Origin: a virus | Lineage: Duplodnaviria; Caudoviricetes | Strand: one strand, 5' to 3' | DNA: 24,197 nucleotides | IMG/VR virus record: IMGVR_UViG_3300044216_003480 | Span: 1-24,197 of that record | Shown here: piece by piece, positions 1 through 5,388 of the stretch | How positions within the stretch are numbered: position 1 is the stretch's first letter | Layout: each line of letters starts with the position of its first letter | Position numbers and translations under genes: made by a program | The notes under the pieces: model-generated | What the model was told of the DNA's origin: nothing | Seen by the model: the letters and a program-made list of their open reading frames with translations, nothing else | The model's database searches: none

Positions 1-87
1 ATAGGGAGAGATAAAGAGCTCATTCTTGTTGGAGATTACTCAAACTTGCAGACGAAGTTCAAGAACAAACAGAAACAAGGAGTGATA

Positions 88-648
88 ATGCCTAAGATAA
101 TTACTAAAAAATTTACAATTTATGACCACGAAGATTTACAGAAAGATGATGAATTGTGCAACAAAATATATGAGAAGTTTTGGTTGGATAGCAACAACAC
201 TAATCCTTGGGGCAACGAAAATATAAAAAGTTTTGAAACTTTTGCTAAAAATTTATACATGATATTAAAGTACGAACTATCCGATAATATAGATGGTGAT
301 TACAGAGATTATATAATCCTAACACCTGAATATGAATTCTATGCAGAAATAGACAACAAAAACTACAAAAAGTTGTTAAAAAACTATAAGGGTATTGGCT
401 ATTGTATGTGCGAAGACCTAAAAATATTCACCTTAAAACTATTAGATAAAAAAGAATATAAAGTTTTAGATGAAAGTTCTACTTACAAATTTAAACAAGA
501 AATAGAACGTAAAATGTTACGTTTGTGGAGAGCCGATAATTCTCAACATTTTTCTAAAGAGAATTTTTTAGAAGTTGTAGAAGGTAACGATTACAAATTT
601 TACGAAGATGGTACTTTATATAAGGAGAGCGAAGATGAAACTAACTAG
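88..648 (+). CDS. Hypothetical phage early protein (186 aa)
   Basis: ORF track 46..648; ATG at 88 follows an AAGGAG Shine-Dalgarno and is the preferred start. No recognised family. Confidence 0.75.
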   Translation: MPKIITKKFTIYDHEDLQKDDELCNKIYEKFWLDSNNTNPWGNENIKSFETFAKNLYMILKYELSDNIDGDYRDYIILTPEYEFYAEIDNKNYKKLLKNYKGIGYCMCEDLKIFTLKLLDKKEYKVLDESSTYKFKQEIERKMLRLWRADNSQHFSKENFLEVVEGNDYKFYEDGTLYKESEDETN

Positions 649-802
649 CAATAACTTAGAAAAGATTTTTAACTATATAGAATCTCAATTAGAGGATGGT
701 GACGGCAGAGGAGAATTTGATAAAGAAACTTCAATCTTATCAGCAGTTGATAGAACTATAGAGATGTTTAAAGAGAACGAAGAGAGGAGGAAAAATGAGT
801 AA
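635..802 (+). CDS. Small hypothetical phage protein (55 aa)
   Basis: AAGGAG SD before ATG 635; overlaps the previous stop; ORF track 608..802. Confidence 0.7.
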   Translation: MKLTSNNLEKIFNYIESQLEDGDGRGEFDKETSILSAVDRTIEMFKENEERRKNE

Positions 803-998
803 AGATAAAAGGAAAGATTATTGTGTCACTTTTAAACGTGCTGTAATTGATGTAGAAGTTCTTGATTGTATAGATGAACATGAGGCTATCGCCTATGCAG
901 AAAATAAGATAAAAGAACTTGATTTCGACTTTGAATTAGAGGCTTATGAAATCAGCTCAGACAGTGGTGGCCATGGTTTTGAATTAGAGGAAGAATGA
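795..998 (+). CDS. Small acidic hypothetical protein (67 aa)
   Basis: GGAGG SD; overlaps upstream gene; D/E-rich C-terminal half. Confidence 0.75.
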   Translation: MSKDKRKDYCVTFKRAVIDVEVLDCIDEHEAIAYAENKIKELDFDFELEAYEISSDSGGHGFELEEE

Positions 999-1138
999 GT
1001 AAAGTAATTATAGAATTGGAGTTTGATAATCGTAAGAATAATTATCAAATAACTGATGCAGAAGTTTACAATTATCTGAATGAGTTAATGAAGAATGATT
1101 GTTTGAGTTATGAAATCAAGGACAAGGGAGATGAATGA
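995..1138 (+). CDS. Small hypothetical protein (47 aa), absent from ORF track
   Basis: Hand translation MSKVIIELEFDNRKNNYQITDAEVYNYLNELMKNDCLSYEIKDKGDE*; ATGA overlaps at both ends; GAGG SD. Confidence 0.7.
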   Translation: MSKVIIELEFDNRKNNYQITDAEVYNYLNELMKNDCLSYEIKDKGDE

Positions 1139-1335
1139 TGACACTATTTAATATTTACTATCACGATAGTTGCGGCAATACAGATTTAGTTGCCACTACT
1201 AACAATCCAAGTAAATGGTTACAAGTCAATAATCAACAAAGAATTGGTGATGGCAACGAGCCTGAAAAACTTGAAGATTTTGAAATCCAAGAAACTAATT
1301 CATTTATTTTCGAGGAGATGAATGATGAGCATTAA
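1135..1335 (+). CDS. Small hypothetical protein (66 aa)
   Basis: ORF track; GGGAG SD; ATGA coupling to the upstream ORF. Confidence 0.7.
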   Translation: MMTLFNIYYHDSCGNTDLVATTNNPSKWLQVNNQQRIGDGNEPEKLEDFEIQETNSFIFEEMNDEH

Positions 1336-1501
1336 GAAAGTAGAAATAAAATTAGTTGTAGATGTTGATACAACTGATGATTTTATATGTCCTAGTGGTA
1401 ATCCCTTAGAACATAACGTTGTATTAAATACGATAGAAAGTGATTATTTTTTAGAGCCAGTAAGTGTATTAGAAATTAAGGAGAGAGAAGATGAAAGTTA
1501 A
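1322..1501 (+). CDS. Small acidic hypothetical protein (59 aa), absent from ORF track
   Basis: Hand translation MMSIKKVEIKLVVDVDTTDDFICPSGNPLEH...EIKEREDES*; GAGGAG SD; overlaps both neighbours. Confidence 0.7.
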   Translation: MMSIKKVEIKLVVDVDTTDDFICPSGNPLEHNVVLNTIESDYFLEPVSVLEIKEREDES

Positions 1502-1658
1502 AGACCTTATAAAGACTTTAAAAAAGTTTGACGATAATGATGGAGTAATTTTCTATCATTTGGATAACTACGACCTGAAAGAATGTCAGTTAGAAAGCAT
1601 TTTAAAAACTGATGATGATTTAGGTGTCGAGATAACAATAGAGGAGATGGAAAGATAA
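1491..1658 (+). CDS. Small hypothetical protein (55 aa), absent from ORF track
   Basis: Hand translation MKVKDLIKTLKKFDDNDGVIFYHLDNYDLKECQLESILKTDDDLGVEITIEEMER*; AAGGAG SD; MKVKDLIxxL starts are common in small phage ORFs. Confidence 0.7.
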   Translation: MKVKDLIKTLKKFDDNDGVIFYHLDNYDLKECQLESILKTDDDLGVEITIEEMER

Positions 1659-1683
1659 TTTATGAACATAAATTTACATAGAG

Positions 1684-1734
1684 AACACAAACGAGCAATC
1701 AGTCAATGGATAACGGGTGTTATTCGTTGGTGTT
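1684..1734 (+). promoter_or_regulatory. Stem-loop in the 5' leader of the Cas7-like gene
   Basis: AACACAAACGAG (1684-1695) pairs with TTCGTTGGTGTT (1723-1734) with one mismatch and one G-U; the enclosed region contains TCAGTC. Confidence 0.5.
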
Positions 1735-1761
1735 GAGTGCATTAAATTTCGAGAGGAAATT

Positions 1762-2391
1762 ATGACTAAGAAAATAATAGGCGAGAGCCTAGTTATCAAC
1801 CGACCAAATTTCGCTATGTCGAAACTGACGGTTGAGGGATTAACTCCTTTAATTCAAAATAAAATGAAAGAGGCGTTAATTAAAGAAATGGAAGATGTGC
1901 GTTCAGGTAAGGCTAATAAAGTCAATGCCAAAAGAACTGCTATCGACCCGAAGAAAGAATATCTAAAATCCGCTTATCAACAAGAAGGTGGTGGTTTTGG
2001 ATTTCCAGCGTCAGCATTTAAACAATGTGCTGTAAGGGCAGGTAAAGCTCTAGGTTTGGCTATGACAGACGCTAGAACTTTATTTTTTGTTCTACCGACG
2101 GCTCCTGATGGTGAGTGTGTTTCTATAAAGAGCAAGAAACCTATACTCAGGAAAGACCCCGTTAATGTGAAAACAGGTAAAGATTTAAGATTTAGACCTG
2201 AGTTCAGAGATTGGACTGCTGAATTGCTTGTTAAGTATGACAAAGATAGAGTCACACTTGAACAAGTTGCTAATTTACTAGACCACGGTGGTCAAACCGT
2301 TGGTGTAGGAGAATGGAGACCTGAAAGAAATGGCACATTCGGAATGTTTAGAATTAAAACTGATGGGAGAGTAAATGAAAGTAAGTCTTAA
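1762..2391 (+). CDS. Cas7/RAMP-like RNA-binding protein (209 aa), candidate effector of the adjacent pentamer array (Vipr-like)
   Basis: GAGAGG SD before ATG 1762. RAMP-like motif order: N-terminal strand LTVEGLTPL, helix motif FPASAFKQCAVRA, RFRPEFRDW strand, and C-terminal glycine-rich loop GVGEWRPERNGTFGMF. No other cas genes in the window. Recognised by eye only. Confidence 0.75.
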   Translation: MTKKIIGESLVINRPNFAMSKLTVEGLTPLIQNKMKEALIKEMEDVRSGKANKVNAKRTAIDPKKEYLKSAYQQEGGGFGFPASAFKQCAVRAGKALGLAMTDARTLFFVLPTAPDGECVSIKSKKPILRKDPVNVKTGKDLRFRPEFRDWTAELLVKYDKDRVTLEQVANLLDHGGQTVGVGEWRPERNGTFGMFRIKTDGRVNESKS

Positions 2392-2884
2392 ACCTAAGAA
2401 GATTAATCTTAAACAAGAACTTACTAATGTCAAAGAAAAGTATGGGTCGTTATCGGCTCATACTGTCTTGGCAGAGGCTAAGAAGAAATCTAGTCCTTTA
2501 CATAAATTTTTTGAGTGGGACGATAGTATTGCTAGTCACAAGTGGCGTTTGCACGAGGCTAGAATGTTAATCGCTACTGCAAAAGTGTATGTGAATGAAC
2601 AGGTTTCTCCTGATACCGTCAGAGCATTTGTAAGTTTGAAAACAGATGATGGCAGAAGATTTGTCGATACATCTGAGGCTATGACTAATGAGGATTTGGC
2701 TCTTGAATTATTTGATGGTCTTAATAATAGAATGTCAAATATAAGAGACCAATTAATTAGCTTTGGTGTTTATCAAGGCACAATTAAAGACTCATTAGAA
2801 CAAGCTATGAAACCGATAGCTAAACAAAAGGCTAAGTTAGAAAAAACAAATCGTGATTCTAACTTAACGCCTAAGTTGGCTTAA
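2375..2884 (+). CDS. Conserved phage protein (169 aa, LHxxFEWDD motif), probable accessory of the Cas7-like gene
   Basis: Overlaps the Cas7-like gene by 17 nt with a GGGAG SD; motifs SPLHKFFEWDDSIASHKWRLHEARMLI and RAFVSL; lies directly before the array. Confidence 0.7.
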   Translation: MKVSLKPKKINLKQELTNVKEKYGSLSAHTVLAEAKKKSSPLHKFFEWDDSIASHKWRLHEARMLIATAKVYVNEQVSPDTVRAFVSLKTDDGRRFVDTSEAMTNEDLALELFDGLNNRMSNIRDQLISFGVYQGTIKDSLEQAMKPIAKQKAKLEKTNRDSNLTPKLA

Positions 2885-2889
2885 AGTTT

Positions 2890-2951
2890 ACGCTGAACGA
2901 GTTTGGCTGATTGTCAGTCCCCATATTTCTAAGCTGAACTCGTTTATGCGT
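2890..2951 (+). promoter_or_regulatory. Leader hairpin preceding the array
   Basis: ACGCTGAACGAGTTTGGCT (2890-2908) pairs with AGCTGAACTCGTTTATGCGT (2932-2951): 19 bp, three G-U pairs (implying + strand RNA) and one bulge. Confidence 0.65.
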
Positions 2952-2956
2952 CGCTA

Positions 2957-3328
2957 GGCAGTCGTGGTATCGTAAGGTGGGTTGCGTTAAGTTGGGGTTG
3001 GTTATGGCAGTCGGGGTTAGTTATGTCGTGTTCCGTTTGGGTGCGTCAGTTATGGCGGGGTATGTGTCGTTCTGTTCCGTTTCGGTCAGTTGTGTCATGT
3101 CGAGGCAGTCCAGGTGGGGTTGGTTGCGTTCTGTCACGTTGAGGCAGTCGTGGTAACTCTTGGCAAGGAGAGGCTCGTTACGTCATGTTCGGGTGAGTTA
3201 AGTTCAGGCAGTCTAGGAGAGGTTTGTCAAGGTGTTTCAAGTTGAGTTATGGTCTGTTGGGGCAGTTGTGGTTTGGTCTTGTGGGGAACGGAGAGGTAAG
3301 TCTCGTTGAGGTCGGGCAGGTATGGAAG
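2957..3328 (+). ncRNA. Non-coding array of GKY-NN pentamers in units delimited by GGCA; candidate guide-RNA array (VIPR-like)
   Basis: Separators at 2957, 3006, 3045 (GTCA), 3104, 3143, 3207, 3261, 3315. Unit lengths 49, 39, 59, 39, 64, 54, 54, all 5n+4. Of 66 pentamers, 57 start with G[G/T][C/T] and all 66 have G/T at position 2. No ORF in the track; G/T-rich against an AT-rich background. The repeat structure is certain; the RNA function is inferred. Confidence 0.85.
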
Positions 3329-3334
3329 TATAAT
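3306..3334 (+). promoter_or_regulatory. Candidate sigma70 promoter overlapping the array 3' end
   Basis: TTGAGG (3306-3311), 17 nt spacer, TATAAT (3329-3334). Confidence 0.4.
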
Positions 3335-3420
3335 AAAATAACAATTTTGGCTAGGGCTAACCCTATCCCCCTATAGTGTATAATCTCTGGGTTAGTCTTA
3401 GTCTTTTAAAAGGAGAGGAA

Positions 3421-3603
3421 ATGAAAGGAAAAGAAGTAAAAAAATTTACATACGACGAAAATAGAAGTGCGTTGGATAACTTTAAGTTATGGCTTTACGA
3501 AAATGGTAATGAACGCTATTGGAATGAAGAAAAACCACTACAATACAAAGAGGCCGTTAATATTTTTGAAAGGCAATATTGCGTGAAATTAAATGCCGAT
3601 TGA
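3421..3603 (+). CDS. Small hypothetical protein (60 aa)
   Basis: AGGAGAGG SD directly before ATG 3421, preferred over the track start at 3376. Confidence 0.7.
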   Translation: MKGKEVKKFTYDENRSALDNFKLWLYENGNERYWNEEKPLQYKEAVNIFERQYCVKLNAD

Positions 3604-3604
3604 A

Positions 3605-4210
3605 TTAGTTGTCCTCATCATCAACATCTTGGTCTTGATTGTCGTTGACTTCTTTGACGACACCCAGACCCCATGAATTATCTGCTAATTCTGATTTCTC
3701 TTTAACTTCAGCTTCCACGCTAGTATCTAATAATTCTTGACCCATAAGCTCTTTTAGTCTGGACTCTATTTCTTCTCTAGACATCATGTCTATCTTACCG
3801 AATCTAACTTCTTTCCTGTCTACGACTAAGCCGCCGACTTTCAATAAACTGTTTTGGGCAGATATAGCTGCGTTATAAGAGCCATCTTCCAGAGCTTTGT
3901 CCCTAATATCGTATAAATCCTTAACTGCTCTATCGTGATTCAATTCATACTTTTTACGCACTTCCGACATTAAATATTTATACTCCGACAATACGTTGTC
4001 ATTCTTCATTAACTTATACGCTGATTGCCGAGCGTCTTTATAGCCCGACCGTGCTGCTGCTTCGACATAACTCATCTGTGGATTATTGACTATAGTCCAA
4101 ACGAAAACTTGCTGTCTTCTATTTAGTTTCTTGTCCAGGTTGAAATATTCTATCTGTGGATTTTCTGCTGTGTGTAAGACAGGCTCGAACTTGGTGTCTG
4201 CTTTGCTCAT
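3605..4210 (-). CDS. terS: Terminase small subunit
   Basis: N-terminal HTH pattern LNRRQQVFV...EAAARSGYKDARQSAYKLMKNDNV and the helix AAISAQNSLLKVGGL are typical of phage TerS; acidic tail. Confidence 0.75.
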   Translation of the reverse strand: MSKADTKFEPVLHTAENPQIEYFNLDKKLNRRQQVFVWTIVNNPQMSYVEAAARSGYKDARQSAYKLMKNDNVLSEYKYLMSEVRKKYELNHDRAVKDLYDIRDKALEDGSYNAAISAQNSLLKVGGLVVDRKEVRFGKIDMMSREEIESRLKELMGQELLDTSVEAEVKEKSELADNSWGLGVVKEVNDNQDQDVDDEDN

Positions 4211-4309
4211 GTTTGCATTTTAGAGTTTCTAAATGTAGATGTAAAGTATAGATTTGTTATTTGGATTAACTTTAGTGCCTACCCCTACTTATCCTATAAG
4301 TATATTCTA

Positions 4310-4339
4310 AGATTAGCACACAACTTTTGTAGGCGTCAA
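4310..4339 (-). promoter_or_regulatory. Candidate promoter for terS
   Basis: Minus strand TTGACG, 18 nt spacer, TAATCT with a TGn extension. Confidence 0.35.
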
Positions 4340-4380
4340 GATAAAAACACAATAAATATTAAATTAGATTACCAGACTAT

Positions 4381-4472
4381 GACAAAAATGAAAAAAATGA
4401 TTTTATTGCCAAAACCACTAAACATCAATGTTTCAGCTGTCAGAGTTTTGTTGACAAAAACAGACAAAAACA
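4381..4472. repeat. GACAAAAA repeats and A-tracts
   Basis: GACAAAAA at 4381, 4453 and 4463; the last two form the tandem (GACAAAAACA)2. Confidence 0.5.
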
Positions 4473-4476
4473 ATTT

Positions 4477-4764
4477 TTACTTAATATCTGGTGGATTGTC
4501 GTAAAGTTTTTGATAAACTTCTGGGTCCATGTATTGCGATATAATACTATCTAAAATACCGACTGCTGTATTTATATCTTTAACTTCGTGAACTAATCTA
4601 GAAAAAGCATAACTAATAATCCAGATTATTGTTTCTGTGTTTTTTGTGCCTCTTATATTATTGTTTTTTAATAGACTATCTAATTGTGCTGCAGTCTCAG
4701 TAGGACTAGCGTCTTTCATGTGGTCTTTCAACTCTAATACTTTCATATAAAAATATGATAGCAT
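4477..4764 (-). CDS. Hypothetical protein (up to 95 aa)
   Basis: ORF track; start uncertain (alternative ATG at 4746). Confidence 0.6.
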   Translation of the reverse strand: MLSYFYMKVLELKDHMKDASPTETAAQLDSLLKNNNIRGTKNTETIIWIISYAFSRLVHEVKDINTAVGILDSIISQYMDPEVYQKLYDNPPDIK

Positions 4765-4770
4765 AATAAA

Positions 4771-4863
4771 CAGAGGGTTGTGTTGCTAAGGCCCCTCTGA
4801 CGCCTAAGTCCGTACAAACTTCTGTTCTAATGGCAAGGAGAATCTACTGCCGAACAGGCAACA
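4771..4863 (-). ncRNA. Candidate structured cis RNA (multi-stem junction plus pseudoknot)
   Basis: Complementary pairs 4781-4786/4858-4863, 4822-4827/4852-4857, 4832-4835/4848-4851, 4789-4792/4802-4805 and the crossing pair 4771-4777/4793-4799, in a GC-richer intergenic gap. Strand inferred from the flanking genes. Confidence 0.4.
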
Positions 4864-4867
4864 AAAA

Positions 4868-5101
4868 TTATACGCCGTTACAATAAGGGTCGTAACCAGT
4901 TTCTGCTAAAAAATAACCAATCTCAACAGCAGCGTCCTCTGCACTCAATTCAATGCCTGAAGATTTCTGCAGATTATCTGCATATCGTCCTGCTAATTCT
5001 TCTTGATTGTCCCAACCAAAAGCATCAGCTTTTTGAAATGCCTCTATCTTAGCTGGGTCTTCGACTATCTTTTCGTAACATTCACGCATATATCTACCCA
5101 T
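4868..5101 (-). CDS. Hypothetical acidic protein (77 aa)
   Basis: ORF track; AAGGAG SD on the minus strand. Confidence 0.75.
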   Translation of the reverse strand: MGRYMRECYEKIVEDPAKIEAFQKADAFGWDNQEELAGRYADNLQKSSGIELSAEDAAVEIGYFLAETGYDPYCNGV

Positions 5102-5137
5102 AAATTCTCCTTAATCAGTAATATTTATTACCGATAG

Positions 5138-5171
5138 TGGACATTTTATATCAAGATAGATTATACTTCAA
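5138..5171. promoter_or_regulatory. Overlapping divergent sigma70-like promoters
   Basis: Plus: TGGACA (5138-5143), N18, TATACT (5162-5167). Minus: TTGAAG (5171-5166), N17, TAAAAT (5148-5143). Lies between divergent genes. Confidence 0.45.
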
Positions 5172-5187
5172 TGATAGGAGAGAATAT

Positions 5188-5388
5188 ATGTCTATAAATA
5201 AAGATAAGAAAAATTTACCTGCAAAAACAGATGATTCCTTAATAAACCATGCAGAGCATTTGTTAGCAGAAAGTTACTTCGCTCTTAGAAATTTAGAACA
5301 AATTTCAAAAGAGACACAAGATGATTTAATAAATATTATTAACAACGTACCTGTTTTCAAAGCAAGGGAGAGCAAAGATGAAGAATGA
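5188..5388 (+). CDS. Hypothetical protein (66 aa)
   Basis: AGGAG SD before ATG 5188; overlaps the downstream exonuclease gene. Confidence 0.65.
   Translation: MSINKDKKNLPAKTDDSLINHAEHLLAESYFALRNLEQISKETQDDLINIINNVPVFKARESKDEE

Noticed and set aside
3054-3060. GGCGGGG (and GGCAA at 3162) as unit separators
   Set aside because: Both fit as ordinary in-register pentamers; the real phase shift is GTCA at 3045.
2957-3328. Canonical CRISPR array
   Set aside because: No 20-45 nt identical repeats alternating with unique spacers; the constant parts are a 4-nt separator and interleaved 3-nt motifs.
2957-3328. Microsatellite, telomere-like/G-quadruplex repeat, or protein-coding low-complexity region
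   Set aside because: Adjacent pentamers are never identical, G-runs are irregular, the period is 5 rather than 3, and the track shows no ORF on either strand.
4771-4863. Hammerhead or HDV-like ribozyme
   Set aside because: No CUGANGA/GAAA core, and too little room for the HDV P3/L3 and P4 elements.
46-5187. Longest-ORF starts at 46, 608, 1717, 3376 and 5137
   Set aside because: Downstream ATGs at 88, 635, 1762, 3421 and 5188 have clear Shine-Dalgarno sequences.
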